Source: Antedon mediterranea
Lineage: Eukaryota; Animalia; Echinodermata
NCBI RefSeq assembly: GCF_964355755.1
Contig: NC_092673.1
Span: 23,557,648 to 23,621,647 of the forward strand
Length of the DNA: 64,000 nt
Direction of reading: 5' to 3'
In this document: positions 15,161 through 27,926 of the stretch, piece after piece
How the letters are laid out: each line of letters opens with the position of its first letter
Numbering within the stretch: position 1 is the first letter of the stretch
Translations under genes and position numbers: made by a program
Notes under the pieces: model-generated
What the model was told of the DNA's origin: nothing
What the model saw: only the letters and a program-made list of their open reading frames with translations
Databases searched by the model: none

Positions 15161-15617
15161 TCTCTTCTATAAATATTTTATTTTCACTTGTGAATGATAT
15201 ATCCCGCTGAGTTAATTACGTCGTATTCACATTCATTACAACCATAAAAAAACGTCACAATTTCCGCACATGTAAAAATAATGTAGGCCTATAAAAGGAA
15301 GGCTCTATTTGTTCCATTTTTCTAACAGTTTTTGTTTCTCTTTGGTGGGTGCGTTCCACATTTACTCTTTCCATATAATATCTATAATGATTATATATAA
15401 CATTTTCATTAATATGTTTTTTATCTATTTTGTCTATAAAAATAATAATTATAATTGTCTTATGTTATATTTCTATAACTGTGTTATAGTATATACACTG
15501 ATTATAGGATTTTCTCTCGACATTTCTTCTTATAAGGACATTTTTATGCACATTATATTTTGTATAAATGTACAATATATAATTATAATTTCTTCGTCTG
15601 TAACCTTTTCCATTTTT

Positions 15618-15915
15618 TCGGATCGTCTTCTGAAAAAGGCAGTGGCTATCAAAGATGATCAATCTCATCCGGCCTCTAGTATGTTCCAGTTGATGCGCAG
15701 CGGTCGGCGATTTCGTTCGCAATAATAGGCCCGATTTACAAATAGTTTCTTTCCAGGAACTATTAGAGCCTTAAACATCATGTAGACACTTTTTGAAAAT
15801 AATGTTTTTGTTTTGAGTACGTGTTGTGTCCGTTGGATATTGTGCTCCGCCAACAGAGCAAACAGAATGTCTATGTTTTTTCTTAAAACAGATGACAATA
15901 AATGATACTTGACTA
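15618..15915 (+). mobile_element. Rex1/Babar-like LINE 3' fragment (degenerate)
   Basis: One frame reads KKAVAIKDDQSHPASSMFQLMRSGRRFRSQ**ARFTNSFFPGTIRALN, matching the Rex1 ORF C-terminal pattern (HP...SGRR.RS...R..NSFFP..IR.LN). The tail ends AATAAATGATACTTGACT. Confidence 0.75.
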
Positions 15916-16666
15916 CTTTCTAATAGTTTGTGGAAATATCCATCAACCTTAACTTGTTTCAAGTGGGAAGTAGGTTTTAGGATTTTACAAATAATACAAA
16001 TTATGATTTCACACGAAGAAATTGGATCGCAAAGTAAGAAATACGATATTCCTCCTAAAATGCCTCCAACGCAAACTACACAATAAGTCAATGTTAAAAA
16101 TAGCTTGAAACAAAATAACATACATAAGGTGCAGAATCGATTTTCAAAATTAGTTCTTATCGATTACCTTTAATTGAATACTGAATTTCAATCAAAACTC
16201 TAATGGCCAACCAATTAGAAATTATATAAATGTCCACCTCAATTGATGATGACTAATATAAATTGTAATTAATTAATGTTTTTAAATTTGCAATGTCATT
16301 TACATAATTATTAATTATTGCAAATTAATTAACTTAATTGGAACAATAATTATATTGTGTTTAAAAACCTAAAAATCTACATGTTGTAAAGGTAGATTAA
16401 TAATGGCAAAATAAGTGTTAACATTATTTTATATCATATAAATCAGTAACTAATTAAGAAATTATAAATTGTGTTTGTAATTTTAAAAGAAATATATATT
16501 TTAAAATGTAATTGATTTGTTAATTTTTAATTTCCTTTTTTGATCAATATAATATGACAGACATACATGCAAATAAATAATAACATTTGTTTCTGTCCAA
16601 TTGAACTTATCACACAGTGTAAAAGCACTAGTTGTCTGAGAATTGTCGGTGCTACTACTGTGTCTG

Positions 16667-16870
16667 GTATCATAGGCAAATTCAGTAATACAATGTCATA
16701 TATGTATCACATGTGACGTCTGTACCATAGCATCATAGGCAAATTCAGTAATACAATGTCATATGTGTATCACATGTGACGTCTGTACCATAGGCCATAC
16801 GCCTAACCTAAACATAACCAACTACAGGTGACATGATACATGCAGTACAGTACTATGTATATGCTATATT
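16667..16870. repeat. Dispersed TATCATAGGC...CACATGTGAC hairpin repeat family (possible Helitron-type)
   Basis: Internal ~62-bp duplication. Related copies at about 310-560, 28425-28551, 35410-35510 and 61463-61558. Confidence 0.55.
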
Positions 16871-17254
16871 GGACAGATGTTACAATACGGCACCATTAGA
16901 CGACGCTTTTAATTCTCGCATATGTTTTCATATTCAATGTCCTTAATGTGTATTCATAATATATTTATTTATGTGTGGTCATATTTTTAATAGACCTAAT
17001 AAGACTAAATCAATTATGTAAGTATTCGATTAAGTGTTTTTATACAGCCGCCTGTTTTTATCAATTACAAAATCAAGACTAAATGTATAAATATACAATA
17101 GAACGCATATATGCACATACTAATTGAGTCAGGAAATAGTGCATACTATGTTTAATGGTTATGAAAACCAGTAAAATGTCAAAATGATCGTCACCCAGTG
17201 AAATAAATTACAATAATTACCATCTTGTAACGTCATCTTATGTTTAATTCAGGG

Positions 17255-17463
17255 GAAATCCCTATTAAATGGACATCGACCCTAAGGGGAAACCCCTATT
17301 TAGGAGACACCTCTATTAAAGGGACAATTTCTATTTGGCAACACTTCTTAGTGAATAACAAGATGTGTGATATATCTTACGGCCAACCCCTATTGAGAGA
17401 ACACCTCTAATAAGGGGACATGGTTTTGACTCCGAAGGTGTTCACTTACTGTGGGCTCTACTG
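17255..17463. mobile_element. Degenerate Tc1/pogo-like MITE with CCTCTATTAAGGGGACAC sub-repeats
   Basis: Repeated CCTCTATTAAAGGGACA units ending ...CTACTG. Related remnants near 8220-8275 and 31650-31760. Confidence 0.45.
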
Positions 17464-20106
17464 TGTATATATAGAAAGTATTATGATCAAATTACCATCT
17501 AATTAATCATATTTAAAATCATCGTCATTATCATTTTCGTGACAACATCAAAGATGTTATCATCTTATTGTTTTTTGTTTTTATCATTGTCTTTATCTTA
17601 ATCATCGTAACTTGTCATCATTCGGCGTCTTTTGTCGTCGTCGTCATCATCATAAAAATGTAATCATTGTCATTATTCTAATGTATCATTACGTCATGTG
17701 AATCTTCATAATTGTCATCAGTAAATTCATCACCATCATCCTCTTCTTCAATCACATCATCATCAGTTTTGTCATCGTCATTGTCACCGTATTGTCACAG
17801 GTAGAATACATTATTTAGTATGGGATTTTTGTTGTTGAAATAATACGGTGTTTTATAATTAACATTATTAGAATTGATAGTAATTATTCTGTCAATTATT
17901 AAATGTATTTCTAATTGTATCCTTCGGTCTTTTACATAATCATATAAACATTAAATATACATTTGAACAGTACCGTAATTTCATTAAAACTATAAACGGA
18001 AGTAGTGAACAAACCATTCTTCTGAGTATGAGACCAGTGACACGGCGTTAATGAGGGATTAGATTAAAATCATCCATTTTAGATTGCAAAACAAAATGCT
18101 ATTATTTCATTAATTAACGTCAGTACAAGTTTTTATGACGTATACGCCACTGTAGTCCTCTCGTCACATGATCAATTGTGGGTCTTTATAAAACTAAATA
18201 ACAAGGAGGCAGATGTTTCGAGTTTCATGGAAACATCAATCCATTTTGTATCCATGTCCATGTCTATATTTAGTGTATATCTAGGAAAAGACTATGATGT
18301 ATGAATGTCACATTCGAATACTCATCATTATAGGAACACTATAACATGTGACTATAACCTTATAGCATTCAATGATGTATAGATACTGACCAATCACAAA
18401 CAACAGGTAGGATGATCCATCGCGTCAAAATAATTGCATTTCGTACTAGTGAGAACCAACGTTTATGACAACAAACTCCTATCCTAAACTCCATAAAGAA
18501 ATTTCAGTTTAGTTACACGGTAGTGGGACCAAACTAAAATTTTCAAATCATTTAAATAAGCAGATTATAGACATTGTGTATTTATTATTTATTTGATTAT
18601 TTACATTTTTGTTTAAAATTATCACACACTTTTGTATAATAATAATTATCATAATTCTGTACTCTGATACTAGTATTGGTAATATAATCAATCGAAAGCA
18701 CTCGACAGCAATTTAATAATACTGCTAGGTATAATTTGTTTAGATACAAAGCGTTGTTTCATAGATAATTTAATCAGTTCAGTTATTTAGCAAGCGCCCT
18801 AGATGAATTCAACGATTTATCATCTACATGCAGTTAAACCATGAATCGACGCTAGGTCTTCAAAGAATAACCGCGCTTAAAGTCCACCGCTCAAAATCTC
18901 ATCACTTTATCAGGCCTGTAACAAGCCATCATGCCGCGAACAGACGTTATTATGAACAACGACTTCTGACTTATACTGATTTTAAATAATATATATTGAT
19001 TGAGTCGCGTTGTGAAATTTAATGCTTAAATGTGTCAAATATAGATCACTGCGGAGTCTTTCTACCTAATAACCCCTGCGTCATTACAAGTGTTCTTCCG
19101 CCAGAAACATCAAACGTTGATGCAGAATGATCAATTAGTGGACTGTTAACTAACCAACAATCTAAGCTTCACTTTTATAGATACTTACTACATATAAACT
19201 GAATATTCTGTAAACAAACGAAATTTAATGAAGGCAATAAAATCATGTTGTATAATTTGTACAGTATTTTAAATCGATATTTGTAATGATGTTTTTTTTT
19301 CTCAATTACAAGTAGGCATAATCAATTTAATGGTAGTATTTTACGTACTATACAAAATACTTCATACGTCAAAACCAATAGAAAAGTATCTCAAAAATTC
19401 TATTTAGGATGAGTAGACATGTTGATTCATATAAGTAGAATTGTCGTAGTATGCTTGTCGATAGAATAAACACATTCATTCATCTGTTACAGCAGTGATT
19501 ACATTTTGGTTTTTGTTTTTTCTCACTCACGCATTATGATATCCTATCATATGAGTTGTTTCATCTTGACCCTGCCTGGTACAACTATTTCCAACATCTT
19601 TGCATTTCTTTTTGCATTTCGGTTTAAAATTTGGAATCTTATTAGTTGAATTTTTTAAATCTATACACACATTTTTTAATATTTTATCAATTGTACATTG
19701 CAATTAAATTTTACTACTGCCAGTTGTGATTATTTTTTTTGAATAAATTGAATAATAATATAATGGCATACTATTGTCAAGCTCGTAATCAGGAAGGTTC
19801 TTTTTCCTAAAGGGAATTGGTAGCGTAAGAGGAAGTATTGAATAATATTGAGACCAAAATCTATGAAGGAAAGGTTGTTTTATAGACGTAACCTGTAAGA
19901 AGAGCAAATTTTAGGTAGAATTTCCTATTTACTCCACATTCGCCGATGGTCTCACTTCGTCAGTGACCAATGATGATGGGTATGAAGTACATGTATTATC
20001 TCATAACATCAACCCATTGTTATACTAGTACTTTATCTGATTTATACATTTTTCTAAATTGTCCATTTTCTTTTTTTATTTCAGATTACTTTCACTTAAG
20101 CCTAGC

Positions 20107-20601
20107 ATGGTAGAAGTGCATACAATGAATGTTATAGCAATAATACTTATATTATTTGGGCTAGTTATATCAGTTTCACGTTCAGAAGGTACATATGAAC
20201 TACTCGATGATGAAAACAATGAAATGCAGGCAATGAATGGAAGAGAGTTTGTACCTTTAACTGATAGATTGAGTTCTATGGAACTTTTGCTCCAAGGCTT
20301 AGAAGAGGCACGCCAGATTAGAGGATGGAGGCAGACGGGTGGCCGAGATATGTCTGCGGGTAGATGTAGAGGAAGTCAATGTCTATCCGGTTGGAAGAGG
20401 TCATCGCCAACTAATATCGAACAAGACAAGCGAGCATGGGGAGGGAAAGGATGTCGAGGCGGCATGTCGTGCAGTGCTGGATGGAAAAGGGGATACGGAT
20501 CATGGAAACAAAAGAACAACAAATGTAAAGGTCGATCATGTAGTGGTGGCTGGAAAAGATCAGTTTCGTCAAATGATATTCCTACGAACGACTACCCCTG
20601 A
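20107..20601 (+). CDS. Secreted neuropeptide-like precursor (164 aa) yielding three cyclic Cys-Cys peptides ending in GW
   Basis: Exon starts at 20085 after a strong acceptor (ttttctttttttatttcag). ATG at 20107 (alternative 20125). Hydrophobic signal peptide MNVIAIILILFGLVISVSRS, then an acidic spacer. Peptides GWRQTGGRDMSAGRCRGSQCLSGW (20323-20394), AWGGKGCRGGMSCSAGW (20434-20484) and GYGSWKQKNNKCKGRSCSGGW (20491-20553) are each followed by KR. The first 16 aa of the ORF track start at a TTG inside the intron and precede this ATG. Confidence 0.9.
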   Translation: MVEVHTMNVIAIILILFGLVISVSRSEGTYELLDDENNEMQAMNGREFVPLTDRLSSMELLLQGLEEARQIRGWRQTGGRDMSAGRCRGSQCLSGWKRSSPTNIEQDKRAWGGKGCRGGMSCSAGWKRGYGSWKQKNNKCKGRSCSGGWKRSVSSNDIPTNDYP

Positions 20602-22402
20602 ACATAATCATTAATTTATTTCAAACTAGAAATACACCAGAACGCTTTTGGTTGATTTCAACGACATCATTTTAATTAAATACCTATATCATTCCGTCAA
20701 AAGAGCTCAATTCGATGTAAATATACATACATAAATACATTTTACAAGTATTTAATTTATTTTGTTAACATTTTCCGAAGTTGAATGTAGATTTGCTATT
20801 TAAAAAAAAAACAAACTGCTTTAGATAGAGTACGCATGAAAGATATGGGTTATCTTGGTGTTACATTAAGATACTTTTATCAAGACTTCTTTCAAGAAAA
20901 ATTTCAGTATAAATAATCGTTGAAAGTCTCAATAGTGCGTTATCCTAATCCATGTATCATTCAAAATGAGCATGGCTATTTTAAAGGGGAACGGGATTTA
21001 AAATCACTAATGGATATACAACTGTAAGAATTTTATAACAGTTATTTTTATCAGTTAAATAAAAAAGCTCTATACGTGTATAGCTTATAATTGTGAGTAT
21101 GAATTTGATATACAATCATAATTTAAAATGTTGTGTCTAAATTTAATGCAGAAGAAATCCGTCGATAGTTAGTGTTAATCAATAAACATTGGATTCATCA
21201 AACTTTATAAAGTGATGAAATAATTTTGACCGGCTTAGGACTATTTCTTACTAGCGATACGTATGGTATAATTTAACGATAACACCTGACAACGTTAGGA
21301 TACGGTTATGTATAATCGTTTCTAACAGGCCTACCAACCGATTAGTAATTGTTACCCTAATTGTGACGTAATATTTAGACCAAAGATAACAGGAACTGTA
21401 AGTTCAACTTACAACTAGGCCTTGCATTGAAAATAATGATAAATTAATGATAATAAACACAATTATTGAATCATTTTTGTGATTATTAAAGATTATTTAT
21501 TTCTTTTTACGTTGTCTTAATTGGGAGTTGTTTAACGAAGTGAATTTTTCTTTGAAGTTATATTAAACACTTTGCTATCAATTTCATTATACTTAGGAGT
21601 ATTAATGGAAACCGACGAAGTAAGTATTTAGAGGTGGATACTTAAACAACCCTCGACTAATCTTTAGAAGTAGACCTCTTTCTGAATAACAAGGGTACAT
21701 CTTTAGGATAGGAGAATCCTCGTCTTTATTTCACGTGAAGCTGTCTCTATGGTTGTCCCCGAAACGTCCCCGAAGAGGGATGTTTCAAAAGAGGGGTTTT
21801 AAGAAAAAGTTAGATAACATGTGATCAAGATTTGTCCATGATTGTTAGTAATCATATTTCACACTTTTTATGATTTCCAAGGTCACGTATTTAAATAAGT
21901 GAAAAACGAAGATGTACGGCACATTATGCATTATTCATTGATAAACATAAATTAATGAAATGTTTTTCTTAAAATAATATGACATCAGATCAAAAGTAAT
22001 GTGTCGTACAGTTCATCAATTATGTAGCCAAACGTTAGAACTGCATTTATTAATATAGAGACGTCATTAAGTATGTGTAATTTTCAATAACGATACATCA
22101 ATTAAATGTCGGCAATCTAACAACGAAATATTCATGAAGTTTTATTAATGATTCTCAAAAGTGATACATGTACACACATAAGGATGCCTTAGATCATTGT
22201 ATGTGCTATTGTTCAAAGCTGTTTAACAGGTTAACTCTTAGGTTGCCACAACTTAATTAAGATTCATCTGCTGTGTTGTCTCGCAAAGTAGAAAAGTTAT
22301 TGAGATGTTATTATTATCAAAGATCTACTGTCACGGATAAATACTGATAGATAAAACAAAATAAAAATGTGATAAAGAAGATCAAGACAATAGAGCTAAC
22401 TT

Positions 22403-22642
22403 TAAAATAAATACCAGAAATGAAAAAGATCTGTTTTTTTTTTTACATTCAGAAATGGTAGATGGTATAACATCCACATTAACTCAGTCATAGCTCAGAT
22501 AACTTAACGTGTGAAGATTAAGACAATATATCTTACTTAAAAATAAATACCAGAAATAAAATAGATCTGTTTTTTAAATTCAGAAATGGTAGATGGTGTA
22601 ACATTCACATTACCCAGTCGTCAGATAACTTAACGTGTGAAC
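22403..22642. repeat. Diverged ~135-bp tandem duplication
   Basis: AAAATAAATACCAGAAAT...CAGAAATGGTAGATGGT...TCAGATAACTTAACGTGTGAA occurs twice. Confidence 0.8.
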
Positions 22643-24095
22643 ACGGTTTTAGATTCTACCAACCGACATGTGTTCAGTAGAACATGAGATCCTTAAGAAG
22701 TACGATTATTATAGTATTTCATATCAAGTCAGCAAAAAAGTAAATATCATTCAATAATTCTACAACAATAACTTTAAAGCAACCTTTAAATAAGTATATT
22801 ATTTATGTTCATTAATTTTAGTTGAGAAAAGTAAGAAAGAAAATATTATACAAGAGAATATACTTAAGTCCATTCTTTAGTAAAACGCTATATCAATATA
22901 CGCCAAAACACCAACTTTATTGGCTTTATAATTTTATTACTTGATATTTAAATGTATTTTCTCCGTGACAATTGGGAATCCGATAATTACCCATGTAAGG
23001 AGTTTGACCAATATCAGCAAATAAAATGAACATTTTTCATTACAAACACACAGCTATCGCAGGGGTTTCTAGGCAACCGTTACGACATACCTAAATTAAA
23101 CTCTAATAAAAGCGGGTACCACTCAGTGCTATTATTCTGAAAATATCGATCCTGGTGGTTAACAAAAATAATTATTCGATGAGTCGACAACAATCTTGCT
23201 TAACATAATGTAAAAGGTAATTGCAGGTGAGTTAACACAAATTAGACTAAAAGTTTACTTATATTTCTTGACAAAACTTTAACAAAGCATTTTTACGAAA
23301 ACTTCCAAAATTTCCTGATTTATTTAGACCATGCCTATTCATTTTCAGGAAATCGATATATTGTTAAAGTCATTAAAATCTCGAGTTATCTTTATTAACA
23401 ATATCAAATATTAATAGCCCACCCTCAGCTGTTTCCTCTTTGTATTTTGCTCAGTTTGTGAGCGCTTAATTTTATTACCCGCCCTTTAGATGAGACGAAA
23501 ATTGATGCCGGATCACATATTATTGTTATATTTATTTACATTATGGTCGTTGGCTGGACCTAAGCACTAAATCTGTGTCGAAATGAAATAAAGCACATTA
23601 GGCCCTGCATGTGCACTTGAATTAACGTGATTTAACTTATTCCTAATTCGTTGCAAAATGTTCTATACTAATAATTGCACTATTTAGTGCGTGAATTTTG
23701 CTTAAGATGTTTCAAATGTAAACAGTAATAGATATAATTTTAAGTATATGTTGGAATCCACTACGGTGGGCTAAATATTGTGTATAACTGCATAAGGATA
23801 CACAAGTATGAACTTGAAGTAGCCGACCATCGTGATGGAAAGCATTATGATTAATATAGACTATAATGATCATATGCTAAATATATCCAGACAAATACAG
23901 TACTAGAACAAGTTCAAGCAGTGTCAATCAGTGATGGACACGAAGCGGATAGATATGAAGCGGTACATTATTCTGTTCAAAGCAAGTGATTTAGGTAATA
24001 ACAACACATTCTGACTGGCCAACAATCTAAATGTCAAATTAATGAATTTTTAAAAAGGTTAATGTATTTTTGTAATGACATGCCAAGATTTTACC

Positions 24096-24757
24096 TAAAA
24101 CTATGAAGGAAGCATCCATGTTAAAACTATGGAGGAAGCATTTATGTTAAAACTATCGAGGAAGTCTCCATGTAAAAACTATGGATGAAGCCTCCATGTT
24201 AAAACTATGGAAGAAGCCTCCATGTTAAAACTATGGAGGAAGCCTCCATGGTAAAACTATGGAGGAAGCCTTCATGTAAAATTTTATGGAGGTCATGTTA
24301 AGACTATGGCGGAAGCCTCCATGTTAAAACTATGGAGGAAGTATCCATGTTAAAACTAGAGTCGAAGCCTTCATGTAAAAACTATGGAAGAAGTCTGCAT
24401 GTTAAAACTGTGAAGGAAGCCTTCATGTTAAACTATGGAGGAAGCCTTCATGTTAAAACTATAGAGGAAGCGTCTATGTCGCGTTCTCAAGTAGTGTTTA
24501 CCGACCGACCGACAAACCGACCGACACAGTGAGCTTTAGAATCGCGTTGCACGCAACTAAAAACTATAGAGGAATCCTTCATGTTAAAACTATGGAAGAA
24601 TCATCCATGTTAAAACTATGGAGGAAGCCTCCATGTTAAAACTATGGTGGAAGCCTCCATGTTAAAACTATGGAGGAAGCCTCCATGTTAAAATTATGGA
24701 GGAAGCCTCCATGTTAAACCTATGAAGGAAGCCTCCATGTTAAAACTATGGAGGAAG
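24096..24757. repeat. 26-bp hairpin minisatellite (AAAACTATGGAGGAAGCCTCCATGTT)n, about 22 units, interrupted at 24478-24563
   Basis: Head-to-tail units with an internal palindrome ATGGAGG-AAG-CCTCCAT and no unique spacers. Confidence 0.95.
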
Positions 24758-26149
24758 CGAAATAAAAAAAATATTTTAGACTCATAATCAGCGACAGAAG
24801 CCGTTGGCCTCTTTTTTCTCTTCGTTATCATAGTATTTGTATTTGTTTGTGCCGAAATAAATAAAATAATTAAGTTCAAATTAAGCGTAGGAACAACGAA
24901 CAACCTACGTCAAATTGTTCGTAGAATTGTTTTGTCAAATAATACAAGATGTCAACAGTACACAAATGATAGCAGCAGATAGTTCAAGTACAGGACTGGA
25001 TAAGTGATCGATAAAGATTCTTACGAAATCCTATTACGACAGGAAGAAATAGGTAGCATAAGATGAAAACAACAACGGTGTATTGGAAGCGAAGACATAA
25101 TTGAAACAAATACAATCAGACAGGTGATATAATTAATTGCTATGAGACCATTTTCTGGAGGGTCATAATTGAGTTATATTATTATATTTTTTCAATTAGT
25201 TGGAGTGATTTCGATAATTTAGATTCACTATTACGTATTTTTTAACTCATTGAAAATCTTATTTTTAAACACAAACACGTTGGTACAGAATGTTTAGATT
25301 CAATATTGGAAAAGGTTGGTAAATATAACTAATTTTTTGTAATCAATAATGATTCCAAGAGTAATCTGGAGGTCGTGGGTTCTAGACCATTTGAGAATTG
25401 ATATCATCAATGTGTTTAGTATCATAGAATTACGTCAGAGATATGGCAAATATCTGACCAATTACGATCCCTTTTTATTCAAATATCTATTTAGTTGACT
25501 TAAAGTTATATAGTTTCTAAATTCTAAACCTGGGGATATTCGCTGACGTTATTATTACATCAAAAGCAACTTTCATTCAATAACAGTGATACGATTAAAC
25601 AATCATTATTTGGTTTCATTTAACGTACTTTTACGAGTTTCAATTATATGAATCAATATGAAAGAATTTAGGCCAAAAATCAACAACTAAATTATGAACT
25701 AAAACAACAAATAAATATAGTTATATCATTCATCATTGTACTTTTTTGTTTGTTTTACTGAAATACCTTTATTGCATACCGGTCCGTCACAATGAATAAT
25801 GAATATTGATGAACTAACTAATTATAATACTGTATTACGTAATTGAATGCGAAATAAAGCTGAATGAAAGATAGCTCCCATGGATTAACGAAGTAAACAC
25901 CACTGGATAACTGGACGGTCCTGTACGACGAGTAAGAGAGTATGGTAAATAGTTTTTATATCGATATTTGCAATATAATCTGTTATATCTGTTTTTAGAG
26001 ACTATAAACATGATTAGGCCTGTTAAATGTTTCCCCTCCATTGTTACGTTGACCTGGAGTGTAAAATGTTTATTTGGGGCTTAGAGGCAGGCGACGAATA
26101 CCGCGTAGGCTTCAACAAATACATGCCTGCTTAATAAGGCTGGACGTTG

Positions 26150-26250
26150 GGCTTGGTTCCCACTCAGACGCAATGACGTAGCCGGAACGGAACGTACGAT
26201 AGTTCGGGTGATCCATAGCGTCGTGATTGGTCAAATTACTTGCGTCGCGC
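26150..26250. mobile_element. Partial GCTTGGTTCCCACT-family MITE
   Basis: Terminus plus GTGATTGGTCAAATTACTTGCGT core. Confidence 0.55.
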
Positions 26251-27895
26251 TCACGTGTGAAGATCTTATATGACGACGATCTTCTTACCCTAAACCACAC
26301 TTAGTTTTCGGGCAAATGTTGCTTAGATTGCTGTAGTTTTAGACTTTTACGGTAGGTGGCAGCAAACATCTTTCTGTGTGTTGGTGTAAACGCAATACTA
26401 CCGTACCATATTTTCTGCTAAAACACGATGATCTTTTATACGCAACAAGTTACATCGGTAACGATAGTGAGCCCTCTATAGTAATAAATAATTTTTCTTA
26501 CTCAACGCGTAGAGAAATAGGTATATAGCGTCAAATCATTGATTTGTTAAGTAGATTCAAGGTAACAGCATGCAAAGAGGAAGTGTGGTATGATGAAGTT
26601 ATTAAATCAGATAACAATAACAAGACAACTTCTGGAATTCATAGTATAAAAGCGAAAATACTTGAAATATACTATAGAGGGCGTTGTTAATAGAAATGAT
26701 GAAATCAGATCACGGAGCAATTGTTACTAATCTCCATCGGCATTAAACGCGCAGACGTTTAAAGGACTCTAATGATTTTGTTTGATCAAGCGAAGCTATC
26801 GAAATTGGCTTAATCCTTTTCAGAAATAAAGTAGGCACAGTAACAATGTGTACATGTTGTGTATTTGTACCGTCTGCACTTTTCCGTGAGACTGTGTCCA
26901 CTGAAAATAATTATGTATATTAAAATTAATGTATTATATTAGTCTTTTAGTTCCAGCACGTGACTAGACCTCGGGTGGTCCCTGGTCTTGAGATCTGCTT
27001 TGGCGCACATTATCCCCTTGGAAAACCTGGCGCCAAAATGTCACCTTCATTAGTTAATTTTGCACTGATTTGCGCACTATTTTCACGTATAACATTTATA
27101 GACGAAATTATGGTTATTAGCTTAACAGGTTGGTAATTATTCGTATGACCCCATACCGTTTAAATTACTACAGTAACGTACAATTATTATAGATAAAAAG
27201 ATAATTAATTGGTATAACTCAACTATTTATCTACATTGTTGTTATACAATTAAATAATGATAGTAATGGTTTTTTAACCATACGGTATACAATCATGTAT
27301 ATAATCCATTCAATGTGTAGATTGATATTACTAAATCAAAAGAAATTGTGTTATATTGTTTTTTTTTAATGTATTTTAAATGCAGGCTATGTACAGTATT
27401 ACTCTGTTTTTATATTAAATTTAATTTGATTGTGAAATACATTTTAAATTGAATTGAATGCTTCAGTTCTATCATAATAACAAAAAAAAAGGGGTTTTTC
27501 ACAATCTTTTAAGATGTAAACAACAAATTTGCCAACAATTGCAAATTATAAACGTGCTGTATTGTTTTTACCTCTGTAGTGTGGTCGGAACGTCCTTTTC
27601 AACTCGACTCATTGCGGGATGATAATAAAAATAATAGTGATCAATTTAATTTATTTATAAATCATTCTGGTGCAAAATATTAAATTCATATTTCCTATTT
27701 CGGTCAGAGAATAGTGATTTAATGTTTTTGCCATTATTAGTATGTGTTATTTTAGTATACTGTGGGGTATTACCATTTTAATTACATACAGTAGAATTGC
27801 ACTTTTGTCAAATATTCATTCTTGAGCAAAATATTTATTATATAATTATATAATAGGCCTATGTATGCATATAATGTCATTGTTTCATTATTGGT

Positions 27896-27926
<31 letters not shown>

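Noticed and set aside
20323-20553. Calling the precursor kisspeptin, vasopressin/oxytocin-like or APGWamide
   Set aside because: There is no LPF/RF-amide, no neurophysin and no amidation glycine. Only partial motif resemblance.
20339-20614. Overlapping 91-aa ORF
   Set aside because: Alternate frame of the peptide precursor exon, with no independent features.
24096-24757. CRISPR-like array of palindromic ~26-bp repeats
   Set aside because: Units are directly adjacent with no unique spacers, there are no cas genes, and the context is eukaryotic. It is a minisatellite.
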